From Lama guanicoe (taxonomy: Eukaryota), in contig MU053873.1 of assembly GCA_013239625.1 (NCBI GenBank), positions 2,990,524 to 3,054,523 on the forward strand: DNA of 64,000 nucleotides. The letters run 5' to 3'. Positions within the stretch are counted from its first letter, which is position 1. Each line of letters begins with the position of its first letter. Under the pieces are notes generated by a model. That model was not told the origin of the DNA, searched no databases, and worked only from the letters and a program-made list of their open reading frames with translations. Made by a program: the position numbers and the translations under genes. This document shows, piece after piece, positions 39,250-52,094 of this stretch.

Positions 39250-39452
39250 GACTGCCACGATCTAGAACTTTCTGTCAGAATGGAAACGTTCTCTCTCCAG
39301 GCAGTCCAACACAGCAGCCACTAGCCACACATGGCTACTGAGCACTTGAAATGTGGCTACTAGGACTGAGGTGCTTAAATCCTAATTTAGTTTAATTTTA
39401 ATTAATTCAAACCTCAAACTAAATAGCCACATGTGACTAATGGCTACCGTAG
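39250..39452. mobile_element. MER3 (hAT-Charlie)
   Basis: gcagccactagccacacatggctactgagcacttgaaatgtggcta...aaatagccacatgtgactaatggctaccgta. Confidence 0.85.
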
Positions 39453-40696
39453 GAGGGAGCGCATCCCTCCCACAGGAGTTGGAGCTGGAGAAGCCACGAT
39501 GACCGATGTGTAAGCAGAAGTGATGAGGGCCACCTGTGGGGAGTGAGCAGAAGGAGGCAGGCAATGGAGAGGGAGCCAGAGGCGACAGGTGCACAGAGAG
39601 AAGCAGATGCCATGAAAGAGAAATGGAGACAGTAGCTGGTCCCTGGAACATCCTTGGCCCAATAGTTGAGGTATTCTTTGAGCAAGCCTTCTTATTCCTG
39701 AGCCATCCTGAGCAAACCTCTGTTCTGTACAGCCCAAAGAAATAACGGTGCTTCTCTTGGAAGCCAGCACGGATCTGGGAGTTCGAGAATCAGCTCAGCA
39801 TAACAACAGCAGCAGCAACAAATCGTCACCGTCATCATCACCACCCCCCTCACCCCCACCATCATCCCAGAGTGGAGTGACTTGTCTAAGATGACACAGG
39901 TTGGAACCAACAGCTCTTCGACTCCAGTGTCTGTGCATTTTATTATGCTCCACTGCCTTGTCCAGTGGGGCTCTTGGTCCTGGGCCAATGCTTCATTTCG
40001 GCATCCTGAACTCACCAATTTATGATGCCAGCTTTGGCATGTGCCAACCCTCAACTGGGAACGGGTGAGGCCAGACAAGGAAACTGTGTCCTGGTGGCTC
40101 ATACTCCCCCTTCATCCCTCTACGACTTGTCTCAGGCTCCAGACCTCACAAATTAGACTGTACCCATCCACCTCGCTCTAACCTCCAGCCTCTGCATCAT
40201 CTCTGTGTCCTACTTGCCCAAAGCTGGCCCTGACCACATCATCTATGCCTCATACGACCCTTCCCTGGCTCTCTACACCCCACACCCCTGCTGGGTTTTT
40301 CAATCAGCCACTCTCTACAACCCATGGCGCGAGCAAGGAAGCGCAGGAGGGCCACCTGGCCTGGGACCTGCACCTCCCCAAGCCTCCATGGCTTACTCTT
40401 GCCTGCTTGACTCGAGCCATCTGCTTAGATGGCAGCTTTCCCAGGTGCAAGCTGGTCCACTGGTGCCTTGAAGATACAGGTGCCAAGGCAGCAGAGGAGG
40501 GAGCTGTGGTTTGATTTTAGCTTCTACTGAAGCTCCTTTCATGTGGTCCCTCTCCCACAGGCCACATCATATAGATATCCAATTTGGGTATGGATGCCAT
40601 TGGTTTAATGGAGACAGATGCCCTTAAGGCTTTTATTGTTACATCTCCTTGGGTCTCAGAAAATACACTTGAGGAGAGCTGGGACTCCTTTGTTCT

Positions 40697-40910
40697 TTTT
40701 TTTTTTTTTTAAATTGAAGTATAGTCAGTTACAATGTGTTAATTTCTGGTGTACAATTATTGTCCCAGTCATGCATGTATATACATATTTCCGTTTTCAT
40801 ATTTTTTTCATTAAAGGTTATTACAAAATATTGAATATAGTTCCCTGTGCTCTACAGGAGAAATTTGTTTTCTAAATCTGTTTGGATATAGAGTGGTTAA
40901 CATTTGCAAA
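40697..40910 (-). mobile_element. L1 3' terminus of a different, probably younger subfamily
   Basis: T-run followed by aaattgaagtatagtcagttacaatgtg...cccagtcatgcat...ggttattacaaaatattgaatatagttccctgtgct. Confidence 0.85.
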
Positions 40911-43419
40911 AGGGGGAAGTCACTTTAGATGGGAGTGAGAAGACAGGAGTCAGAGGTTCAAATCCTGGCTCTGCCGCTCACTCGCAGCGGGACCTTGAGT
41001 AAGTCAGTCCCTTCCTGTCTTTGAGTCTCTTTCCTCTACAAAATGAAAATATCAGGGAGAGGACAGAGGCAGGTGGGGAGCTTGATAGATCTGCTATGAT
41101 CTGATTAATATTACAGACCTCAGGAAGGGTAGCTTGTCAACTTTTTTGGCAAAGCTTCTCTATACCAAGCCCCTGACCATCACAAGATCCCTGGGAAGTG
41201 GGCAGAGAATAGACCGTCACCATCAGGCGAGGCCCAATGCCGGCTCAGAGTGACAAAGCTGCTTGTCCAAGGTCACGCATCTGAAGAAAAGCAACAGATT
41301 TAAACTCAGGTCGTTCTGACTCGAAAGCCTGGGTTTTTAATCACTTTGCTACACTTTCCCCGTTTTCAGCTGGGCATCTGCTGTTTTTGCAGCTGCCAGG
41401 GACCCAAGAAAAGGCAGATTTTACAACAACCAGTGTTGTGTCCAGAAAGTTCCTACTCTGAAATGAGTGAAGTCACAGGGTAAATCATTGCAACGGACAT
41501 TCCCTTTGGAAAGAAAGATGGCCTCAGCAAGCACTCATTGAATGGTCCATCTTGTGGCTCTGTGTCTGCACAGAGTTGTTGTTTTTTTCTCTTTACAAAG
41601 TATATTTCTCTCCTTCCTCATCTTCTAATTTTTCTTTATCCTTTTCCTCTTTGTGGAAGTCTTCAGTGATTTCACATCTATTATCTCATTGATTTTCCCC
41701 ATGTCCTATGAGGTAGGACACTATTATTAGTCTAATTTTTCAGATGAGGAACCAAGCCTCAGACAGGCTGCCTGAGACTACAGAGATGTAGGGGAAAGAG
41801 TCAGGAATTAATTTCAGATCTCAGGACTCCACCTCCTCGTGACTAAGATGAAGATGAAAGTTAACTGAACAGAGTAAATGAGCTGAGCACTTACACTAGG
41901 TTTGAGACAGGCTAAGAGAGAAATGATAAGATTCGGCTAAGGTTTTCAAAAAGTTCACTGTCTAGTGGGAGGAAGGCATATAAACCAGTAATACATGCAT
42001 TATCAGTGCATGAGCTGCTCATAATAGAGGAATAAAATGTGTTGGGGGGAGGCATAAGATCACTCATAAGTGGTATAAAGAGGAGAGAGGCAAGGAAATG
42101 TTTCACAGAAAAAGATAATTAGGGACTAGGTTTTGAAGGATGAATAGAAGTTCGCCAGGTAACGAATACTAGCAATAATGGCAACTTTTTATTGATTGCT
42201 TGCTATAAGCTATACATCGCTATACACATTGACTAGTTTTAACAATCTTGCAAGGCAGACACGACCCTCTTATTTTATATATCAGGCCAAAATAGATTCA
42301 GAACACTAAAGCAATTAGCTCAAGATCATGCTGCTAAATCAGCCAGCTGGGAATTTAATCTGGTCCTCTCTGAACTCCTTCAGCTATACAATCTCCTAGG
42401 ATGACAGTCCAGGTGAAGGAACTGCATGAATAAGACCAGAAGGATGCTTCACCCAGATGCCGTCAGAGCAGGTACGGAAGATTGGGATGAACTGTTTCTC
42501 CTCTTATTGATCTGATGTGAGAAGCTGGCATTTACCACCGGGTGAGTAAACATGTCTCCTCCAGAGACCAGTCAAACTGCCTTCATTTCTGGGTTTACAT
42601 CACCTCTTCATTTACCCATCGCTATGCAATACCGAGACACTCATACCCTAGCATCTAGAACAAACCTGGGCTTTGGAATCAAACAGTCTTGGACTTGAAT
42701 CCTGGCTCCATCACTCATTGCCCATGACACTGTGAGCAAGCGCCTGCATCTTTCTAAGACTCGGTCTCCTCATCAGTAACACCTAGTTAGTGACATCATC
42801 TGAGAGGGCTGGGTGAGGAGCAAATGAATGAACACAGAGTAAGCACTTGGACAGTCCTCTGGCACAGAGGAGCCCACACGCAATGACAGATAGCAGTGTT
42901 ACATTTTGTCATTCTCTCATAACAAGCCCAGGAAGAAACACATGGAGGTGCCCAGCCCCACAAGGATGGCTTTGTGTATGGGGTAATGGTTACTGGGATC
43001 CATTTTACAGATGGGAAAATTGAGGCTCATGGCTAGGAAATAGTTGAGCGTAGGTCCTGAACTTAGGGGCTTAGAGAAACCAAACTTCTACACTGCGAGT
43101 TCTCCATTAACAGCTGAGCAGCCCGGAAAAAATGCAAAATTACAAACAGCCACAGTTTCAAAATCAACTAACAAACCAGCTGTATCACTCACCCTCTTTC
43201 ATGAATTCTTTCCCTGCCTGGGAAGGATAACCGCTCATTGTTTTTGAGAGTTATTAATAGCTTGGGAAAATCCTAGTTGATTTGGGTTTCTAACTGCTAG
43301 TCTTTGGAGTTGGGTGAGCTGGGGTTTGAACTCATCCAGCCTAGCTACACACTGATGTAACAGTGAAGGCATCTTTATTACACATTTCATTTGCAAATAC
43401 ACAGGACCCAGGTTGGAAG

Positions 43420-44075
43420 GCACTATGCACAGCAGTCAAGCTCACAAACTCAGTAGCCAAACTACCTGGGTTCAAATCCTGTCTCTGCAACTTACTAGCT
43501 GACAACTGTGAGTTTCCTGAAATTATAACAGCCTCTCTAAGCCTTGGTTTCCTCATCTACAAAATGGAAAGAAACTGTAAAATTTCAATAAATTAAGCCA
43601 TGTAAGGGGTGGACATATATTAAGTGCTCATTAGATATAATGATTATAAACTAATTGTCTACACATTAATTGTAGCCTATTTCACTTTATGACTCATTCA
43701 GTTTGACCAGTTTTACTTGGGTGCTTACGATGTGCCAGAAAGGGTGGTAGGCATAAGGCACACATCCAACACACACCTGACACATATTTATTGGCCCCTC
43801 ACCTGTGTCCGTAGAGTCTGCACATGAGCTCAGGGAATGCAGGAAGTAAGAGGCAGTAGTGGGGCATGGTGTTAAAGGATTCTGGCTTAGACGTGGGTCT
43901 GAGGTTGGACTGCAACCACTTCTTGGCTTTATGACTTTCGATGCACTGCTTAACCTCTCTGTGCCTCAATTTTCCTGATCGTAAAATGGGTACAATAACA
44001 GCGTCTACTCTGAACAAATCTACACAAGCCACTGATCACAGGCTTGGAATAAAATCAACACTCAATAAGTGCTAT
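43420..44075 (+). mobile_element. Two MIR copies (about 43420-43640 and 43850-44075)
   Basis: ggtttcctcatctacaaaatgg and cttaacctctctgtgcctcaattttcctgatcgtaaaatggg cores. Confidence 0.75.
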
Positions 44076-46108
44076 TTTCAACATTAAGACACAGTCCTGG
44101 CCACGAGCTAGTAAACTATGTCACATGGACCCAGTGACCTCGTCCCAACTCATCATCATTTTACCCTCCCTTAAAAGCAGCCCTGCTCTCTCCCCCAACC
44201 CCACCTTCACCACTACCAAAGGGCTTCTGAAGAACTACAGTAACCAGAGGATTAGATAAATACACAGATCCAGCAAAGCAGCGTTTGTTCACCCAGGGCT
44301 GTGCGCGGCCGTCTGCACTCAGCATCTGGACCGGCCTGTCTTCGGAGAGGGTTCCATCGGTGCCATCACAACCTCTAGTGGACAACAGTGAGCACCGCGG
44401 CTCCCGGGCCTTTGTTCCAGCTCTGAACTACTCGGTGCTGCAAAGTCCAGGGGCCTGCAAAGAGGATGGGCCGCTCCGAGATTTTTCTCTCCTCACGTGT
44501 GAGCGTGCCTGCCTGCCTCCCTTGCCCGCCCACTCTCTCCTGTTTCCCTCGCACCAATTCCACAGGTGTGGGATGTGTTCCGAGAGTGAAGCCTTCTTCA
44601 AGATCTTCACTGCCCCCTCACACAATTCTCCTCTGTGGCTGCTGGTATCCCTTGAGGGCCAGCTCAAATGCTACCAACTCAGGAAGCCGTCACTGATTAC
44701 CTCTGGCCAGAATTAAACACGCCCACCTGTAGGATCCCCACACTTGGCCATCCCCTCGCAAACCACATATCACACAGCATGGACGCTGGTAATTTACCTG
44801 CAGACCTCTCTTCCTGGGCTGCCATTACTGGGACGGGGACATCATCATGTTATTGTGTGTCTCCAGCACCCAAAAGGGGGCCGGCTGCATGCACAGCAAG
44901 TGCTTGGTCAATGTCAAATGAATGAATGAATAGATAATTGTCTAGAGAAAAGGCTCTCTTCTTATGTTTTCTTTCCAACCACTATCCTGCTATCCCATAT
45001 CTCTGGTACAATGAACTCTGCTTCCTGGCGGTAACACTGAGGTTCAAAGACATACAACATGAGAGCTTGAAAAGAAAGGGATGAAAACTTCTCACCAGGA
45101 GCTACTCATTACTCTTCCTCCAACCCAAATTACCTGGATATTTATGCCAGCATTGCCTTCGCACCAACTTCAAGGATCTACTTTCTGGGTGCCTACTAGT
45201 GGGGGCAATTTACTCTTTGGAAAGTAGGGACGAGGAGGGAGTAAACATTACTTAAGCACCTACTGCGTGCCAGGTGCTTTAGAACTGTTACGCAATCAAC
45301 GCCACCATCCTTCCAGGCTGGGGCCATTAATCCCCACCCCACCCTCATTCCACAGGTGGGGAAATGGAAGCTCAGAGAAGGTCATCCTGCAGAAGTTCAC
45401 ACATTCATAAACAATAGAGCTGGACCTGACCCAGGTCACTCTGAGTCCAAAGCCACATACTTCCTTTCCAGGACCCTATAAATCTAATTCCAGTGCCCAC
45501 TTCAGTCACACTCCTCAGAACAGCCTTGTCATGGACTCTTTGGTGTCTTGCAATTTGGCTCCATAAAGGAAACCACAAACTGGTAATAAAAAAGGGCAGT
45601 CGGACCCTGTATTCTAATGATGCCTTTTGGAGAGCATTCTCTCTCCCTTGTTTCACCTTTCTTTTTCTCTTTTTCACTGTATATGTCAAGCATCATCAAA
45701 TAATTTCTCTTAGTAATAGGAGAGCTCCATTCCACTGATCTTTGGCATTGCACACATCGGGTGGTTGCAAAGGTCAGAATTCGCCTCTTTTGCCCTCAAG
45801 CACCAACTGTAGCTCTGAGCGCCCCAAGTGGAGGTTTGCACCAATGGCATGTTGGTTGCAGAAACTGTGGACCAAATACGCGGACCAGTAAATTGAGCCC
45901 CTTTGAATAGCTTTTTGAAGAGCAGGAATGAACCTGTAAAACTAGAAGACAAGTCATTCTAATCAGGAAATATCCCATTGCCTTCCTTGGAAGACAGAGG
46001 AAATGAATGTAACACTATTTTCCTAATGTCCTACTGAGCCACATGAACGCAAGAATCCCTCAGGTTTCAGTAAGACTACCCCAGCAGGGGCAGCCAAAAC
46101 TCCACAGA

Positions 46109-46109
<1 letters not shown>

Positions 46110-46145
<36 letters not shown>
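46110..46145 (+). repeat. Poly(A) tract, 36 nt
   Basis: Uninterrupted A run. Confidence 0.95.
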
Positions 46146-46148
<3 letters not shown>

Positions 46149-47387
46149 TGATTTATAATGAAAATAGTGTTTAAGTGAATCTAACAACAATGTACATTAG
46201 AGACTGGGGGGAAACAGCAAATCTGAATCTCACTGAGCAATACTGAATTTACTTTATTAATTCAAGGAAAAAGAAAAGAAATTACACTCAGGCTCTGCAG
46301 TCTTAGCACGTAGTTACAATTATTCCCCATGTGCATATCTTAGACAATAAGAAGCCTCTTTAAAAACAAGTTATACTTTATACTTATTCATGCCTTGCAG
46401 CAAAATGGCCCAGAGAATCCCGTGACTTGCATAAGAATTTAGCAACAAGTTTCTTTCAAGTACTGTATTTACAAATCTCCTCACTGCACTGAAAACACAA
46501 GGACTAGTTTTCAACACTGAACTAGATGAGCAGTTCTCCATCCGACATCCGTGGAAGCTGAGTTCCACGTTCACTGTGGAAAGTCAGTGGTTTCCGGAAG
46601 CTCATTGGCTACCCTTACACTCTCCTTATGACTCAGAGTGTTGGAGTCAGAACCACACCATTATTAATGAGTTCTGAAGTAGTGCACCGGTTGAGTTTAA
46701 TTGGGCGGTGACCTGAAGTTAATTAAAAATATATGCTGGCTAGCTATAGAGTCAAGCAGTCGGAAAAACAATATAAAATGTCTTAAAAATTAAAACACGC
46801 ACACACATTTTGTGTTTGAAGCCACCAGTGAAGGAAGCAGGATGTGAAATCCTTGGATGACAATTCAATATGTACCATTAAGACATTTTTCCTGGAGGGT
46901 GGTATGTTGGAGAGTGCAGTCCTCAGAGGTACAATCACTTTAGAAAAGCCAGCAAGTCACTGACTAGCTTCAGGTTCTTTTTGTGTGTGTTAGTCACAAC
47001 ACAGATTCAAAAAGGGAGTGAGGGAGGGAGATCTGGACTCTGTTCAAGGCCACCAAGCCATTGTTGGAAAAGACAGCTAATTAAGAAAGGGCATGCTGCG
47101 GTGGAAACGATTTATTTAAGCCAATTCTCTTCCCCCATCTTTCCCAGAGAAACTGTCCAGCCCCGGTGTAAACTGTGAATATTATGGCCTCATAAAAGGA
47201 GGGTTCTTTAATGATATGCTTTGTTAAACAAAAAGTGATGAATTATTTCCTTTGCTCTGCACTCTGGGCTCCACATTTAAAGAGGAGGGGGTGGGGGATA
47301 AAATGCCTGATTTATGCTGAGGAGGGCACTCCAGGCCGTGGGGAAGAGTTGAAGGGAACGAGACCCAGAGCCAGAGCCCACGAGTGG

Positions 47388-47415
47388 AGAGCTGTCCGCG
47401 GCCTTCGGTGCTGAA
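47388..47415 (-). promoter_or_regulatory. Non-canonical (expanded-spacer) REST/RE1 site
   Basis: Minus strand reads TTCAGCACC-gaaggccgc-GGACAGCTCT: both RE1 half sites with a 9-nt rather than 2-nt spacer. Confidence 0.65.
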
Positions 47416-48646
47416 CGCAGGTGTGCGAGCCAGGGGTCCAGAACTCCCCAGGGAGAAGGGGCACTGCCTGTCCCCTAACTCGGCGTCAAGACAGTCCAAA
47501 CCAGAGACGGGGCTCCAGATGGACAGAGTGTGCGCCCTCTGGCTTGTCTTCAGCCTGGGCAGACCCTGCGACTGCCTGTTTATTTCCCACGTGAGGTGCG
47601 AGTTACTGGGAAAGGGAGTTGGACCTTTCAAAAGGCCAGGTCGGGTGGTCTACCAACGCCTTTCTCCGCCCTTGGCTATCCTAGTGGACTGATCTAACCC
47701 TCGAAGCTCTTGAGGTTAGTAGCTTTGGATGAGTTAGGCGCTGTACTCCGCTCTTCACCTGGAACCTCCACCCACACCCACCCGACACAACTTTTCCTGG
47801 GGGACCTCAGCCAGGTGGACGAGAGGGTGCGGCTCCAGGTCTGGGAAGGAGGGGCCGCCATCCTCCGCTAAACTTGGATCTTGCCCCTTTCCCAGCCGAC
47901 GAGCACGTGTTGTGTGAAACTAACAACCTCCCCCCGCCAATTCATGATACTGTTGAGAGACGGGGAGAAAAAAGAGGGGAGTCCGCTCAGGTTCCCGCCT
48001 GTGACCTAACATCTCCTCTCCCTCCCCCGCTAAGTTCTGAGACTCCTGAGCCCCCTCCACCGGCTTCTAGGCGAAAGCCACACCCAAGTTCGGCTTCCAG
48101 ACACTTGGTTGGGATCGGTTGAGGAACCCGGTCCCAAGGGGCAGCCTGAACCAAAAGCAGGCATGGGGTCCTAGAGTGGGAGGGCGCGGCACGGTGACGA
48201 CCCCCAGACGCACTGTTTGAGTCTAGTCTTCAGTTGCAGGCCGGGTCAGCGGCACCCCCTCGGTCGTCCTCTCCCCCAAAGGGTGAGAATTATCTGGCAC
48301 CTAGCCCCGGGTGCGGTGCAGAGAGCTCTGGGAATCTGGGGTTTGGAGGCGACCCCACTCCAAGGAGATTCTCTGGGGCTGCAAAGAGGAGTCAGCTCCA
48401 TAGCCGGGAAGGCAGAAAGGGAGCCCGCAGCCAAAGCAGGAAAGCGCCCGAGTCCTTCAGACACATCCCCGCCTCCACACTCCTATCAGCCCGGGGACGC
48501 GGTACCGGGTCCCGAATTTGGGCAGCCGCCCCCGCTCCGCATCCCGGCAGATGCTGTGTGAGTCGTCCGGGCCATCCAGGACCCCCAGCTGCCCCGCACT
48601 CGCGGCAACTTTGCCCCCTCCCCTGCCCCGTCCCTCCGGCGCTTAC

Positions 48647-48740
48647 CTCCCGCCAGAGCTGCCGCGGGGCTTCCCAGGAGCAGAGCGAGGAACAGCGCGA
48701 TCCCGCCGCGTCCCGCGGTGGGCGGCCGGGCCGCCGGCAT
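48647..48740 (-). CDS. SEZ6L: First coding exon (signal peptide) of seizure 6-like protein; 94 nt = 31 codons + 1 nt (phase-1 intron)
   Basis: ATG at 48740 in Kozak context GCCACG-ATG-C; translation MPAARPPTAGRGGIALFLALLLGSPAAALAG has a hydrophobic signal-peptide core and closely matches the human SEZ6L N-terminus as I recall it (MPAARPPAAGLRGISLFLALLLGSPAAALERD); ends at a canonical donor GAG|GTAAGC (intron starts 48646); lies inside a CpG island. Confidence 0.93.
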
Positions 48741-48990
48741 CGTGGCTGCGGGGGGCACGGAGCCGCGGGCTGCCGGGCGGGCGGAGGGCACCGGAGCCAG
48801 GGAAGGAAGGGAGGCAGCGAGCGAGGAAGGGAAGGCGGGGGCCGCGGGCCAGGGCAGCCGCCGGAGCCCCCCGAGCGGACGCGCGCTCAGCTCCGCGAAC
48901 GCTCTGGCCGAGCTGTGCCGGGCGCGGGCGGGCGAGTGAGGAGGAGCCGGCGAGCGAGCGAACGCGCGAGGAGCGGGCGGGAGGAGGGAG
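48741..48990 (-). other. SEZ6L: Probable 5' UTR of SEZ6L (TSS position approximate)
   Basis: Very GC-rich, no upstream ATG on the minus strand until about 49230; the TSS itself cannot be determined from sequence. Confidence 0.6.
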
Positions 48991-51844
48991 GGGGCTGGGG
49001 CCGAGTCTGTGCCGAGCGAGCGCGGGGATGAAGGGAGGGGGCGGGCGGGCAGCGAGCGCGAGGGGCCGGCCGCGCCCGGGGTGCCAGCCGCCTCCTCTGG
49101 CCGCCGGCCCGTCGGCCCTGCAAAGTTTAACGCCAATTCCCCTTGCGTCCTGTGGGCCAAGCGTTTCCTCCTGGCGGACGCTTACGGCAGCCCTGTGCTG
49201 CCGAGGCGAGGCCGGAGAGCGTCCCGACCATTCTCCAGACGGTGAGATGGAAGCATCAAAACCGAACCCAGCCCTCAGCCTGGGAGAAGCCTAGCGATTT
49301 CCACTGCGCAGCCTTCCAGATAGACCCCAATTTCAGCTCTCTCCACTGTATTTCAACCCTCCAGGCCCCTCTGGGCCCCAGCCAGCCCTCTTCCCTGCCA
49401 GCCCTCCGTGTTTCTAAAGTGAGCCCTGTAACCTAGAAAGTCTCAAACTCTATGGATCTGATGAGGGCTGTCAATCTCCCTAGAACAGTATAAACGGCCA
49501 CAATATTGTGCATCCAATCCGTGGGGGCTTCGTACACCTCTGAAGCCCAACATGGGACTATAAACTGTATCTGCGAGCACCGTTTCTCACATTCCCATTG
49601 TCAGCAGGGCCAACAGAGCTAGCGGAGATCTTCTCTCAGCTGAGCCCTTAGTCCTGCTATACACCCTTCCCCCATCTGAGCTGGAGTTCAAGGCCCGCTC
49701 TCTGCTTTGCTCTTGCCCAGGCCTGATTCTCAGCAACCTGTCTCTTCTCCAGGAATAGAGATGGCGGGGGACAATAGATGGGGAGACAGGCAGACGCCTG
49801 GGGACAGGCATTGGCCAAGGGCTGGATGGGAGACAAGCTTGCCTCCTCAGAGACTGACTGTGGGGACGACCTCTGCAGACCCAGGCAGCTCCCTAGGCCT
49901 CTCTCTCCCCACCCCCACCCCCTGCTCCACCTTGCCACACTATCTACACGTTGCAGCCTGGGCTGGCAGAGGGAGCAGATGGAGAGAAGGTTGCAGGCAG
50001 CAGCGGGGTGGAATATGTCTCGCAGAGTGGGGGAGCTGGGAGTCCCTATAAGGAATGGATGCGGGAGGGGAGTACGAGCGGGGGAGGACAGGAGGGGAGA
50101 GGGAGCACTCTGGTCCAGGTTTTCCAAAGACCCTCGACCCCCAAATCTTCCCCAGCCACTCATTCATTCAGTGCTCTTTTACTGGGTACTCACTGCAGAT
50201 GCATTAGGCTCTGGGAGACAGAGAGCCCCCAGGAAACTTAATCCTTGGCTGCAAGAAGTTTCCATTCCTGGCAGTAAAGGCAAACTGGTTTTTATAAAGA
50301 AGAAGGCTGAGGCACAGGGTGCCCAAGAGCTGATCTGGGGAAGATGAAGCATCCCACTGCTCTGCTGGATCAGACTGGGAGCTCTGTCAGGAGTGGCCTT
50401 CCTGCTTATCACCATCCACTCAGGGACTACACAGTGCTGGCATACAGCAGGTGCACAATAATACTTGTTGATGGAAACGTGACTAAGCAAGGAAGATGGA
50501 GGCAAAGGGAGAAAGCGAGGGAGAAGAAAACAAAGAGGCCAGCTCCACACCCGGAAGCAAGGAAACTAATGTTTATAAGCATCTACTGTTTGCCAGGTGC
50601 TATAATGGTATAATTTCCTCATGGTCCTGACAGGTGTGATTGTCTCCATCTGACACAGAAGTAAGTACCTGAGCCTTAGAGAGCATCCCAACCCAGCTGA
50701 GGCCACTTGGCTTCAATTCACTGCCAGGTCTGAGGCCAGGGGCACAACCCATTCCATCTCAACATGCTATGCCCCAGTTATTTGATTGACGGCCCCCTCT
50801 ATGCTATGATTCCACGGATGTCCCCCTGGTGCTTCCACACCTCCTTGTTACCATAGACCACAGTGGACAAAAGTCTACCATCAGTCACTCCTTTGGGCCT
50901 AGAAGACCACTGCTTGTGGGCAGGTGTTTTATGTGGCAGAAGTGACATTGTAAACCCTTAACTCATTGAATCCATGGGCAGGGATTTACTCATTCTGTTT
51001 GCTAGCTGAAATACGGGAAAGAGAAAAAGTCCAGAGAGAATGGGACACAGACCCACTAATCTGAAATTATGATGGCTAAGGAGATTCTCTAGGAACAATA
51101 TAGACCTTTTTTTTTTTTTGCATGAAGGAATAGAATTCTGCAAGGGACCAGAACAGCTTACAGATGAAAATCTTTCCCAGCACAGTTTCAATCCTCATAT
51201 CACAGATGAGGAAACCGAGGTTCAGGCAGGCAAAGTGACTTGCTTGATATTGTGTACTTGGTCAGCCTTTTGTCCAGGCTTATGCTCTATTACTATGGGG
51301 CACTTCCAGCCTAGATTCTGGTGTCAGGATGGACTTCCTGCCACCCACTGCTGCCCAGGGAGAGAACCCCAGATTCTCTGCAGAGCAAATGATGTGTGCT
51401 GACAACTCTGGCTACTTCATATATTGCCACTTGATAAATCAGCTCTTACACAGCTAAAACTGGTCCAGTGGAGACCAAGGGTTAGATCCCGTGCCTCTTC
51501 CTGTTGGGTAAGAAGGGCAAGGCATTTAACCTCTCTGAGCCTTACTTTCCTCTTTGAGGAATAGGGATAAAAGTAACACTTAACCATGTGAGGTGAATGA
51601 CACAAGTGGATAATACTATCACTGTGACATGAGGGGATACAATAGCACTTGGTCTGTAGAGGTATGGAAAGCACCCCTAGAGCATCTAGCCCAGTGTAAA
51701 CGGTAAAGAAAACAATTTCATTCTCAAGTGCTTGGTGTTGTGAGCCAGACAGTACTGACACAGGAGTCCCAGTTCTGATCTCTTTTCTGCTGACATGCTT
51801 TGTGATTGTAGGTGAGTCACCAACCCCTCTGGGACTCTGTTTCC

Positions 51845-51965
51845 TTATCCACCCATCCACCTATCCATCATCCAACCATCCACCCATCCACCTATCCATC
51901 CATCCATTGATCTGACCATCCAACCATTAATCCATCCACCTATCCATCCATCCATCTGTCTATCC
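51845..51965 (+). repeat. Degenerate (TCCA)n simple repeat
   Basis: Tandem catc/ccat units. Confidence 0.9.
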
Positions 51966-52094
51966 AAGTGCAGCACTCTATGCAAGGTGCTGTGGATACA
52001 GCAGATTCCATTTCTTGCTCTCTAGAGCTGACAGTCCAATGAAGTCTGGCAACATGAGTGCCCAAATCCTTTTCAAGATTAATGTTCTATACCA

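Larger units (their letters stand above)
1..48646 (-). other. SEZ6L: Intron 1 of SEZ6L (continues beyond window start)
   Basis: Begins at the GTAAG donor; no further SEZ6L-like coding exon (Pro/Ser/Thr-rich, CUB or sushi) recognised in the ORF track; repeat-rich. Confidence 0.85.
47700..49330. promoter_or_regulatory. CpG island / TATA-less promoter of SEZ6L (core about 48460-49240)
   Basis: Dense CpG and GC content, multiple GGGCGG GC boxes, spans the first exon; contrasts with the CpG-poor remainder of the window. Confidence 0.9.

Noticed and set aside
48486..48646. Exon-1 read-through giving signal peptide + GKRRR (amidation/dibasic-like motif) and a short secreted-looking peptide
   Set aside because: GKR is simply what the donor sequence G|GT AAG CGC encodes; the remainder is low complexity and there is no evidence for intron retention
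48234..49294. Long plus-strand ORFs (265 aa, 258 aa) and the 224-aa minus-strand ORF over the CpG island
   Set aside because: Low-complexity Arg/Gly/Ala/Pro translations are expected where stop codons are rare; only the 31-codon SEZ6L segment has Kozak, donor and homology support
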